Shown: positions 1-12,100 of the stretch, piece after piece
How the letters are laid out: every line of letters starts with the position of its first letter
How positions within the stretch are numbered: position 1 is the stretch's first letter
The notes under the pieces: model-generated
Told to the model about the DNA's origin: nothing
The model's input: the letters and a program-made list of their open reading frames with translations, nothing else
Database searches by the model: none
Program-made: the position numbers and the translations under genes
Origin: Malacoraja senta
Taxonomy: Eukaryota
Assembly (NCBI GenBank): GCA_038087875.1
Contig: CM075990.1
Span: 16,928,001 to 16,992,000 of the forward strand
DNA length: 64,000 bases
Direction of reading: 5' to 3'

Positions 1-279
1 ATGCACCTGTCCAAATGTTGTTCCTGTACCTGCCTCAACTACCTCCTGTGGCAGCTCGTTCCACATACACACCACCCTCTATGTGAAGAGGCACCACAAG
101 ACATTGGCTCGGCCACATTGCGTACAGTTCTGGTCACCCCGTTACAGGAAGGTTTAGCAGGATTGTGGCCGGATCAGTGGGTCTCAGCGACCAGGCAAGG
201 TTGGACAAACCTGGATTGTTTATCTCTTGAACGCCTGAGGTTGAGGGGAGACCTGACATTAGGTCTACTGCTGCACCAC

Positions 280-536
280 TCTGCCCCCTTCACAACGTCA
301 GAGACCCGGGTTCCACCCTGATCTCGGGTGCTGCCTGTGCGGAGTTTGCACGTTCTCCCCGTGACCGCGTGGGTTTTCTCCGGGTGCTCCGCTTTCCTCC
401 CACCCCCAAAAGACTCGCAGGTTCGTAGGTTAATTGGCTTCTATAAACTGCCCATGGTGTGTAGGATGCGACAGCAGGATAACGTGCAGCTGGTGTGTGG
501 GCCAAAGGGCCTGTTTCCATATCTCTAAACTAAACT
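280..536 (+). mobile_element. HE1-like V-SINE
   Basis: Same family as 16868-17176. Confidence 0.75.
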
Positions 537-1543
537 ATCAAAGCTTGTTGAACCCCACTGGTCCGATTATAATCCAGTCCTGTGTGCTCCATTTAATATT
601 CCACTTGAAATGCCCACATTGTCTCCAGAGTACATCCATTTTGGATCTGCTTATTGCTGTTGCTGTCTGCAATTACCTGGAACAAAATCCACGCTGAAAA
701 TAGATTTGGAGATGTTACCTGGGGGAACACAGCCGGTACCTGGAGTGTCAGGTGTCTGTTATTGAAGCTTTCAGAAGCACAGCTCAGAACTGTCAGATTA
801 TTCATCTCCGTGACAAGGGCCTGAGATGGAGATGGAGATGGGGAAATACCATTAGCTGGGTTGAGAGGAGATATAGGCATGCTGTGCACGTGTACATAAG
901 GATCGCTCGTTGAGTAGGCAGCACTGGGAAACAAAAAGAATGGATTTGAAACCAGGTTTGATTTTGTAGAGGGCCCTTTGGGATTAGCAAGTAAGTAAAG
1001 TGCCTTCCATTGCTGCCTGCCTCTGGCCTAATTGACCCCAGTAATATGATTCTTCCACTGCGCTCAGCAAATCAATGTTTTTACCATTTTTAAGTAACAA
1101 GGGCTGCTGCACTGCTCTGGTTTGGGATGAGATGCAGCTTTGCGGTGCAGAGAGGCCTCTGAAGGTTAGGACAGGGCAGGCACCGCCAAGCAAATGCCCC
1201 CTGAGCTCCTCATTGCCCTTGTCTCCACACATGGCCGACCGTGGGAGGAGATGGTCATGAGTGATAGGAGCAGAATGAGGCCATTCGGCCCATCAAGTCT
1301 ACTCCACCATTCAATCATGGTTAATCTATCTTTCCCTCTCAACCCCATTCTCCTGCCTTCTCCCCATAACCCGTAACATGTTGAAGTGAGATGCCTGAGG
1401 AAAATAGTCATACAGTCTGGAAAGAGGCCCTTCGGCCCAACTCGTCCATGTCGAACAAGATGCTCCATCTAAGATAGTCCCGTTTGCCTGCGTTTATCCC
1501 TCTAAACTTTTCCCTTCCATGTACATGTCTAAGTCTCTTTTAA

Positions 1544-2076
1544 CGACAGAGGTTCACCTGCATCTCCTCCAACCTCATCTATTGCATCCGCTGCTCTAGA
1601 TGCCAGCTGATCTACATCGGTGAGACCAAGCGGAGGCTTGGCGATCATTTCGCCGAACACCTCCGGTCGGTCCGCAGTAACCAACCTGAACTCCCGGTGG
1701 CTCAGCACTTCAACTCCCCCTCCCATTCCGTATCTGACCTCTCTGTCCTGGGTCTCCTCCATGGCCACAGCGAGCAACACCGTAAATTGGAGGAAATGCA
1801 CCTCATATTCCGCTTGGGCAGTCTACATCCTGGTGGCCTGAACGTTGAATTCTCCCAATTCTGCTAGCCCTGGCTGTCCCCTCCCCTTCATCAGCCCTCT
1901 GGTTGTCTCCTCCCTTCCCCCAGCCCTCGGGCTCCTCCTCCGCCTTTTCCTTTTTTCCTTTCTTCTCCCCACCCCCTATCAGTCTGAAGAAGGGTTTCGG
2001 CCCGAAACGTTACCTATTTCCTTCGCTCCATAGATGCTGCTGCACCCGCTGAGTTTCTCCAGCATTTTTGTGTACC
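1544..2076 (+). mobile_element. Penelope-like element fragment (degenerate GIY-YIG C-terminus plus pLTR with hammerhead core)
   Basis: Translates [48 protein letters not shown]...GAAAC at 1984-2008; flanking CTCTTTTAA duplication at 1535-1543 and 2077-2085. Confidence 0.85.
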
Positions 2077-2388
2077 CTCTTTTAATGCATGATCTATCTC
2101 GGCTACCTCCCCAGGGAATTCTAAATACCCACCACCCTCTGAATGAAAAAGTTCATTAACACTATCCTACACCCGCTAGAGGCAATTTTTACATTTACCG
2201 AGCCAATTAATCTACAAACCTGTTCATCTTTGGAGTGTGGGAGGAAACCGAAGATCTCGGAGAAAACCCACGCAGGTCACGGGGAGAACGTACAAACTCC
2301 GTACAGACAGCACCCGTAGTCGGGATCGAACCCGGTCTTCAATGTACAGGTCCATGTACGCTGACTGTGCGTGTACACGAGTCTGTGA

Positions 2389-2439
2389 GTGCGTGTGTGT
2401 GTCCCAGCAGTGAGGTATCAGAGTGCCCTTGTACTCCAT

Positions 2440-2473
<34 letters not shown>

Positions 2474-2995
2474 CCCAGCAGTGAGGTTTCAGTGCCCTTG
2501 TCCTCCATCAGTGTGTGTGTGTGTGTGTGTATCCCAGCAGTGAGGTATCAGAGTGCCCTTGTACTCCATCAGTGTGTGTGTGTGTGTGTGTGTGTGTGTA
2601 TCCCAGCAGTGAGGTATCAGAGTGCCCTTGTCCTCCATCAGTGTGTGTGTGTGTCCCAGCAGTGAGCTATCAGAGTGCCCTTGTCCTCCATCTCTGTGTG
2701 TGTGTGTGTGTGTGTATCCCAGCAGTGAGGTATCAGAGTGCCCTTGTCCTCCATCAGTGTGTGTGTGTGTCCCAGCAGTGAGGTCTCAGAGTGCCCTTGT
2801 CCTCCATCAGTGTGTGTGTGTGTGTCCCAGCAGTGAGGTATCAGAGTGCCCTTGTCCTCCATCAGTGTGTGTGTGTGTGTCCCAGCAATGAGGTATCAGA
2901 ATGCCCTTGTACTCCATCAGTGTGTGTGTGTGTGTGTGTGTATCCCAGCAGTGAGGTATCAGAGTGCCCTTGTCCTCCATCAGTGTGTGTGTGTG
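2389..2995. repeat. Composite minisatellite: ~40-bp core plus variable (GT)n, about 10 units
   Basis: Core TCCCAGCAGTGAGGTATCAGAGTGCCCTTGTCCTCCATCA alternating with GT runs. Confidence 0.95.
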
Positions 2996-3071
2996 CGAGA
3001 GGCAGTACGTTCTTTTTTAAACTATCGATTTATTAGATGATTATTTCCTCGTAGTCAATCTTGATTTTCAG

Positions 3072-3168
3072 AATCCGTGCGATGACAGACGCCACAAGGA
3101 CATTTGGTCGAAAGAAAAGACTTGCGACAGGCTGCCAAAGTTCCTTATCATCGGCCCTCAAAAAACTG
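3072..3168 (+). CDS. NDST2: NDST2 exon: [32 protein letters not shown](G)
   Basis: ttttcag|AATCCG...ACTG|gtaact, 97 nt, contains PAPS-binding Lys. Confidence 0.95.
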
Positions 3169-6100
3169 GTAACTACATTCTCTGATTTAGTCCAGTTGAA
3201 TCATTGGAATCTTTCCCTGGTCCCACCATGATACACATGGGTGTCGATATTTATCAGAAGTGCAAACGTCTGCTGGGAGACTATTTTCATAATTTTTGTC
3301 AACTTAAGAGCAAACCAGTTAGTTCCTCTAGTTTCAGAAGGATCTGGGATGTTGATTAGATTTTTTATTGTCATTTGAACCTCCCCTATGTCCCGTGTAA
3401 TAGGGGAGGTGTCACACTATCAGAGAGTCTTCCTCCAGATTAAATATTCTGCCAAGCTCAGAGCTCCCTGCTGACCTCTGGTGTTTTGGCCTTTAGCGAT
3501 ACAGTATGGAAACAGACCATTCGGCCCACCGGGTCCGTGCCGACCAGTGATCCCCAGACACACTAAACACTATCCTACACACACTAGGGACAATTTACAA
3601 TTTTACCCAAGCCAATTAACCTACAAACCTGCACGTCTTTGGAGTGTGGGAGGAAACCGGAGCCCCTGGGGAAAACCCACGGAGAGAACGTGCAAACTCC
3701 GCACAGACAGCACCCGTAGACAGGGGTGACCCCGGGTCTCTACCCGCTGCGCCACCGTGGAAGATATTTGAGGAAGGTATAACCGTGAAGCTCAATGCAG
3801 AGTGGAAGAAAGCTGGATGTCTGAAAATGTTGTCTGTTGATCATAACCTCTTTTCCTCAGGTACCACAGCGTTGCACTTTTTCCTGTCCTTACACCCTGG
3901 GATCATGAGTAATTTCCCCAGCCCTGTCACCTACGAGGAGATTCAGTTCTTCAACGGCGCCAACTACCACAAAGGAATAGACTGGTGAGCGAACGTCACT
4001 ATTGTCAAGTGGACGATGCGGACAGGGTAGGGAGTGGCGGGGAGTGGGGTGGAGGGGAGGGGGGTTGTTGAGGAAGGGGGAGGGGGTGGGGGAGGGGGAG
4101 GAGGAAGGGGGGAGGGAGGGGAAAGGCAAAGGGAGCGGGGAGAGATAGGGCTCTTAAAAATAGCGGAGTCAGGGGATATGGGGAGAAGGCAGGAACGGGG
4201 TACTGATTGGGGATGATCAGCCATGATCACATTGAATGGCGGTGCTGGCTCGGGGCTGAATGGCCTACTCCTGCACCTGCACCTATAGTCTATTGATTAT
4301 TGAGACTGGGCATGGAGTAGGCAGGAGGGGATGGGGAGGGAGAGGGGGGGAAAGGGAGCATGGAGTGGGGGGGGGGGGAGACAGGTAGGGAGAGTTGGGT
4401 GGGCTGTGAGGGGGGGTGAGCTCTCCACCATTCCACATCCAACAAGCTGCATCGTTTCTCAGGTACATGGAGTTCTTCCCCATCCCGTCAAACGTGAGCA
4501 CAGACTTGACGTTTGAGAAGAGCGCCAATTACTTTGAGTCGGACGTGGTGCCCAAGAGGGCGGCAGCCCTGCTTCCCCGAGCGAAGATCATCGCCATCCT
4601 GATCAACCCGGCAGAGAGGGCATACTCCTGGTACCAGGTACACGCCGGCCTCCAGCCCCCAGGGAGAGAGAGGGGCACACACTCCCTAAATAACCCAACC
4701 CTTATGTCGCATCTTATAGTCGAGGAGCGCAGAAACAGGCCCTGCGGCCAAACTTGCCAACACTGACCAACATGTCATAAGTGATAGGATCAGAATTGGG
4801 CCATTCGGCCCATCAAGTCTACTCCGCCATTCAATCATGGATGATCTATCTATCCCTCCTAACCCCATTCTCCTGCCTTCTCCACATAACCCCTGACACC
4901 CGTACTAATCAAGAAAGCCCCATCTGCGCTAGTCCCACCCATATCCCTCCAAGGCCCATATCCCTTCGAAGCCTTTCCTATCCATGTACCTGTCCCAATG
5001 TCACTTAAGCATTATGATAGTACCTGCCTCAACTATTTCCTCCGGTAGCTCATTCCATACACTCACCATCCTTTCTGTAAACAAAAAGTTGCTTCTCAGG
5101 TTCTTATTAAATCTTTCCCATCCTCACCTTCAACCTGTCCTCTGGTTCTCGATTCCCCAGTTTTAAACCTCCAGTTTAAATTCCAATTTGGAATATTTTG
5201 GAGGACCAAGAAACCAAGAAACCAAGAAACCGACTATGGGTAAAAGGCTCAGCATTCACCCGAAGATAGACACAAAAAGCTGCAGTAACTCAGCAGGATA
5301 GGCAGCATCTCTGGAGAGAAGGGATGGCATTCACTCTATCTGTTCCATCCAGGGTAAGGTGCGTTGAAGGTTTGGTAGACTTCTTGGATTTGGGCACTAG
5401 TTGGATGATTATTTCAAAGAGGCCGTTGTGATCAGAGAGGCTGAATCATCGCTGTGCATCTCCGCCAGTCTCTTATTGAGTTGGTTTCAGCAAAGAATCT
5501 GAAAGTCAAAGCACTGGGTTTTGTATTAGATCGGTCGTTTGTTGAGAGAGTTAAGGCGGGAGCCTCTGGAGATCTAAAATACAAACCAGGTTGTACAGAA
5601 ACTCTGGCATGGTAACACAGCGGTAGAGTTGCTGCCTCACTGCACCAGAGACCCGGGTTCGATCCCGACTACGGGTGCTGTCTGTATGGAGTTTGTACGT
5701 TCTCCCCGTGACCCGCGTGGGGTTTCTCCGAGATCTTCTTTTTCCTCCCACACTCCAAAGACGTGCAGGTTTGTGGATTAATTGGCTTGGTATAAAATGT
5801 ATATTGTCCCTAGTGTGTGTTGGGTAGTGTTAGTGTGTGGGGATCGCTGGTTGTCACGGACTCGGTGGGCCGAAGGGCCTGTTTCCAAACTGTATCTTGA
5901 AAAACTCAACTCAACTCAGCGGGTCACCAGCCTGTTTGGAAAGGAGTTTTGTGTTTTTGATAAAGTTGATGTCGTTGTATCTGTGGCTGGAAGATGACCA
6001 GCTGCTGAAGCTGACAGTATACACATTGAACATTTATCACCAGTGACCTCCCTCAACGTGTTCAATGCAGTCGGACCTGGGTACAACATTGTACCAGAGA

Positions 6101-9100
6101 TCAGACCAGCATTCCTGTTAGAAACAACAGCAGCCTTTGGAAGGAGAGTTGTGTTGCAGAAAGCAAGGTTTTGTTTTGGTTTGCGCTGTTCGCATTCATC
6201 ACCGGCCCCTGATCAGCTCAAAGAGCAGTGAGGACCTTGAACTATGCAGTCCTTCATCCAGTGAAGGTCCTTGTGTCGGGAGTCCTGGGACGTAGACACA
6301 GATGTCCTGGGATGGAATGGTTGGTGTGGTGGCCATATAATACAATGCACCATCTCCTGACTGCAAAACCAGGCTGTGTTCCCTGGCATGTAGACAGTGA
6401 TGTGATTGAAGTTAAAGCCGGTGTTGGGGTGGGTGGTTGGAAGGAATCTATTTCTGCTGGACAGTGAGTCTCGGAATAGATTAGAATCTACCATCCAACA
6501 TAATCCAACTGGTGGCACAGTGGCACAGCCTTAGAACTGCTGCCTTACATCACCAGAGACCTGGGTTCGATTCTGACTACGGGTGCTGTCTGTATGGAGT
6601 TTGCATGTTCTCCCCGTGACCGTGTGGGTTTCCCCAGATGGTCAGGTTTCCTCCCACACTCCAGGTTTGTAGGTTAATCACTAGCGTGCAGGGTAGGAGT
6701 GATCATTGGTCGGCATGGACTCGTTGGGCCAAAGGGCCTGTTTCCATGCTGTATCGGGGCAGTGAGGGTTAGGAATGCTGGGTCAAGCAGCATCTTAAAC
6801 GTGAGATGGAGAAACATACAAGGTCATTCAGCAGAGAGTAGCAATGGCAGGAAATGGTGAAACAGGCTCCAGTAGGTAAATAGCCTCTTCCATTCAGCAC
6901 ATTCTCTCAGCAGAACACTGAGACCATTCAGCCCATCAAGCTCCTTCCACAGTTCAACTGCATCCAAATTCCAAGTTGGTGTTAGTGACCGTTGATGTTG
7001 TTGCTGTAACAGAGTTCTGTTTGTGATTCCCTCCGGGTACTGGCATGTCGACATGCAGTCGTACAGCACGGAAATAGGCCCTTCAGCCCAACTTGTCCAT
7101 GCCAACCCATGCTGCCCCATTTAAGTTCATCTAATTTTACTGAATTTGGCTCGTATCCCACGAAACATTTCCTATCCATGTACTTGTCCCAAGAGGCTTT
7201 TATCAACCAGCTTGATCCATAGTGACTGAACACGTGGCCCCTGGGGTTCCTGCTAAATCTCGCCCCTCTCTCCATAAACCCATGTCCTCTTGTATTTACC
7301 AAAGACAGCCACAAAGTGCCCGGAGTAACTCAGCGGGACACGCAGCATCTCTGGAGAGAAGGAATGCGTGACGTTTCGGTCGTCACCCTTCATTAGGGTC
7401 TGAGTTACTCCAGCATTTTGTGCCTATCTTCGGTATAAACCAGCATCTGCTGTTCCTTCTTACACACTCCTCTTGTTTTTGATGCCCCTACTCTGGGTGA
7501 AAGACTGTGTGCATTCACTCTATCTATTCCCCTCATGATTTTGTACACCTCTATAAGATCAGCCCTCATCCTCCTGCGCTGCAAGGAATAGAGACCCAGC
7601 CTGCTCAGCCTGTCGCCATAGCTCAGGACCGTGAGTCCTTGCAACACCTTCACGAACCCTCCCACTGCCTGCGATACACCTGCTCTAGACGGACACAACA
7701 TGCTGGAGTAACTCAGCGGGTCAGGCATCATCTCTGGAGAAAAGGAATAGGTGACGTTTTGGGTCTCGACCCGAAAAATCACCTAACCATGTTCTCCAGA
7801 GATGCTGCCTGACCCGCGGAGTTAGCCCAACTTTTTGTGTCGATCCAAGGAATTCTAATCTGATCTGATAAAGGAATCCAAGTTCAAGTTCAAGTGAGTT
7901 TATTGTCATGTGTCCCTGATAGGGCAATGAAATTCTTGCTTTGCTTCAGCACAACAGAACATAGTAGGCATTGACTACAAAACAGATCAGTGTGTCCATA
8001 TACCATTATATAAATATATACACACACATGAATAAATAAACGGATAAAGTACAAATAACAGATAATGAGCCCAGGTACATCTGTAAACATAACTATTTTG
8101 TCTAAACCAGCATCTGCACTACCTTGCTATACACCTGCTGTAGTTATGTCTGTGTACTCATGTATGTTGGTTACTCTGCAGCATCAGCGAGCCCACCAGC
8201 TGCCCGCGGCTTTGAACTTCACCTTCCACCAGGTGATCAGCGCCAGCCCGGATGCCCCCAGGGAGGTCCGCCTTCTGCAGAGTCGCTGCCTGCTTCCAGG
8301 CTGGTACGCCACACACATTGAAAGGTGGTTGGCGCACTATCAGCCTTCCCAGGTAGGGTTTGTGTCCGCGTTAACGGTCTCTGCAGTCACACCTCGGGCA
8401 GAGTTTCCTCTCCGCTGTAATCAGGCAACTGAATCATGACTAGAGAGGAACCCTGAGCTACTATCTACCTCATTGGTGATCTTCAGACTATCGTTGGAGA
8501 AACTCAACGAGTGAGGCAGCATCTATAGAGCGAAGGAATAGGTGACGTTTCGGGTCGAGACCTATTCCTTCGCTCCATAGATGCTGCCTCACTCGTTGAG
8601 TTTCTCCAGCATTTTTGTCTACCTTCGATTTTTCCAGCATCTGCAGTTCGTTCTTAAACATTCAGACTATCGTTGATCGGGCTGAACCTTGCACTAAACA
8701 TTATTCACTCTTGATGTGCGATGGGATGTCTTGTTAAAATAATAATTGGCAAACATTGTTATCCCAATGCCTGATATACTGTTATCAGGCAACTGAACCA
8801 TCCTATCAACAACTGGAGAGCAGTCCTGAGCTACCATCTACCTCATCTTATAGGAACATATAAAACTATAAAAGGACTGGACAAGCTAGATGCAGGAAAA
8901 ATGTTCCCAATGTTGGGCGAGTCCAGAACCGGGGGCCACAGTCTTAGAATAAAGGGGAGGCCATTTAAGACTGAGGTGAGAAAAAACTTGTGAAGAGTTG
9001 TGAATTTGTGGAATTCCCTGCCACAGAGGGCAGTGGAGGCCAAGTCACTGGATGGATTTAAGAGAGAGTTAGATAGAGCTCTAGGGGCTAGTGGGGTCAA

Positions 9101-12100
9101 GGTGATATGGGGAGAAGGCAGGCACGGGTTATTGATTGGGGACGATCAGCCATGATCACAATGAATGGCGGTGCTGGCTCGAAGGGCCGAATGGCCTCCC
9201 GCACCTATTTTCTATGTTTCTATGTTTCATCGGTGATCTTCAGACTATCGTTGATCGGACTTTACCTTGCACTAAAAGTTATTCCCTTATCATGGGAATA
9301 TTCCCATATACACTGTACATATACCTATATACATATACCCACATGGGAATATTCCCATATACCCTGTATTTTCCCATATACACTGTACACGGCTCGATTG
9401 TAATCATGTATTGTCCTTCCGCTGACTGGATAGCACGCAACAAAAGCTTTTCACCTCACCTCGGTACAGGTGACAATAAACTAAACTAAACTGATGTTGT
9501 CAGCTCCCTGGGGTCAGGAGAGGATGGGCGTACACATCTCCTTGTACCCCACTCCCCACGTACTCCAAGAGAATCGAGAGTGTTTAACATCAAAGCTTTT
9601 GACTGTACCTCGGTACGCATGACAATGAACTGAATTGTCATATGTATCAACAACAGAGCAATCACATTCTTACTTGCAGCTGGAAAACACAGTGGACTCA
9701 CAGAACATATACAACCAACAACAAATGATTCTGCCCTCGGGTACAGCAACCCTGCTGCCTGCCTGTGTCTGCCACACCGAGGCATCCTGACACATTCTCA
9801 CACATCTCCTGGCTCCTGTTGACTTATCAGTGGAAGTTTGATGTCAGGACACTTCTGCAGACCTGACCTGAAACATCATCACCTGTCCATTCCCTTCCGC
9901 AGATGCTGCCTGACCCCGCTGAGTTCCTCCAGCACTTTGTGTTTTTAGTTCTCTATCAACTGGCCAAATGTCTCCGGTGAGGCAACAGGAGGTATTTCTG
10001 CGGCAGCTCTAGCACAGCGGGTAGTGCTGCTGCCTCACAGCTTCAGGCACCTTGGGGTGCTGCCTGTGCGGAGTTTGCACCTTCTCCCCATGACCGCGTG
10101 GGTTTCCTCCGGGTGCTCCAGTTTCCTCCCACGTCCCAAAGACGTGCGGGTTTGTAGGTTAATTGGCCCACTGTAAATTGCCCCCTAGTGTGTAGAGAGT
10201 GGGTGAGAAAGTGGGATCACGTAGAACTAGTATGAACGGTGTGATCAGGATTGAACCCGGGTCACTGGCGCTGCGAGGCAGCAGCTCTACTCCCTGGTTG
10301 GTTTGCCATGCACCCTACATCACAACAGTGACTGTTCTTCAAACCTGCTTGAATGGTACAGAACAGAAATGGGCCCTGCCTGCCCATCCTGTCACGCCTG
10401 TCTACACTAAACACACTTGCCTCATTAGCACAAGTCCCTGTCTGCCCTTCATTACTCTACTCACTCCGACCTGCGCCCGATAACCACTTATGGAGGTGTT
10501 TGTGCAGTCATCAACCAGAACCGTTACCAGCTACCTGTCCAAATGCCTATCAGTGTTGTAACTGTATCTGCAAACATTACAAAGGCTAAAGCACTTAAGG
10601 TTGTCCTTGAAAACCGCAGTGGAAACTCAAGCCTTGTCTTCCTCTCCTCCATAAGTGCAAAGCCGTATTTGTTTCTCTTTAATTAATTAAGTTAAATAAA
10701 GACAAAATCGAGCTGCCCGACTTCCTGCTGTCAGTGGACCACTGATGGAACTGCCGAACCATCCATTCTCCACTGAATGAGACCTCCTCTATCAGCACGG
10801 GGTGGATGGCACAGAGTCACACAGCTCAGACCCTTGAGAAGCCTTGATGCTCTTCCATATAGATGTTATTTCAGTACAACAGAGATGTCCCCTAGTGAAG
10901 GTAGACAAAAGTGCTGGAGAAACTCAGCGGGTGAGGCAGCATCTATGGAGCGAAGGAAATAGGCAACGTTTCGGGCCTATCCCTAACCCTCCTAGTGAGA
11001 TGTTTCAACTCGACCCTCAGTTCTAATAGGGAAAAAAGACACAAAGTGCTGGAGTAAAGGGCCTGTCCCACTTGGCGATATTTTCGGCGACTGCCGGCGT
11101 CAGTGACTGACGTATCAGGGTCGCCGAAAGATTTTGAACATTTCAAAATCCAGCGGCGACAAAAAAAAATGTTGCGACACTTGAGGAGACACCGCGCGTC
11201 AATGCGTCATCACGCCGTGTCACGCCACGTCACACCGCGACTTTTTCGGTGACCTGATACGTCGGTCAATGATGCCGGACAGGCCCATTACTACGGGTGT
11301 CTGGAGTTGTGGGGAGAAGACGAGAGAATGGGGTTGAGAGGGAAAGATAGATGAACAGTGATTGAATGGCGGAGTAGACTTAATGGGCCAAATTACCCAA
11401 TTCTGCTCCTATAACTTATGAACATGAATAATATTTTGGGAGCTTAATCATAGATAGAGCTGTCCGTAAATCGTGAATTCATGAACCCAGGAATAGCCTG
11501 TTCAGTTCAGTCTAGTTTATTGTCCCGTGTATCGAGGTACAGTGAAAAGCTTTTGTTGCGTGCTAACCAGTCAGCAGAAAGACAATACATGATTACAATC
11601 GAGCCATTTACAGTGTACAGATACATGATAAGGGAATAGCGTTTAGTGCAAGGTAAAACCAGCAAAGTCCGATCAAGGATAGTCCGAGGGTCACCAATGA
11701 GGTAGATAGTAGTATTCTAGATATACTGGATAGCATCCTGTACACTGGAGAACATAGATAGATGGCGGTTGGGATTGGGAGCCTTCTTCGGACTGATCTC
11801 TCTCACAGCAAACCCATCCTTCAATAAGGGACATGTTCCAACAGGGAGATGGTGGGCAGAGGCACATCTAAGCTGGATAAACACGCAATGGGAAAAACAA
11901 ATTCTGTTGACGAAAGATGTTAGAAGCTGGAACTGATATAAACACCTAGAGTTTTATGCAATGTAATATGATTGAGGATTAGTGGGCAGCAGGGTGGTGC
12001 AGCGGTAGAGTTGCTACCTCACAGTTGCCAGAGACCCAGGTTCGATCATGACCACGGGTGCTGTCTGTACGGAGTTTGTATGTTCTCCCTGTGACCGTGT

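Noticed and set aside
2389..2995. CRISPR-like look (constant ~40-bp repeat with variable spacers) and Cys/Val-rich ORFs
   Set aside because: Spacers are only (GT)n of varying length, the context is a vertebrate intron with no cas genes, and the ORFs are repeat translations.
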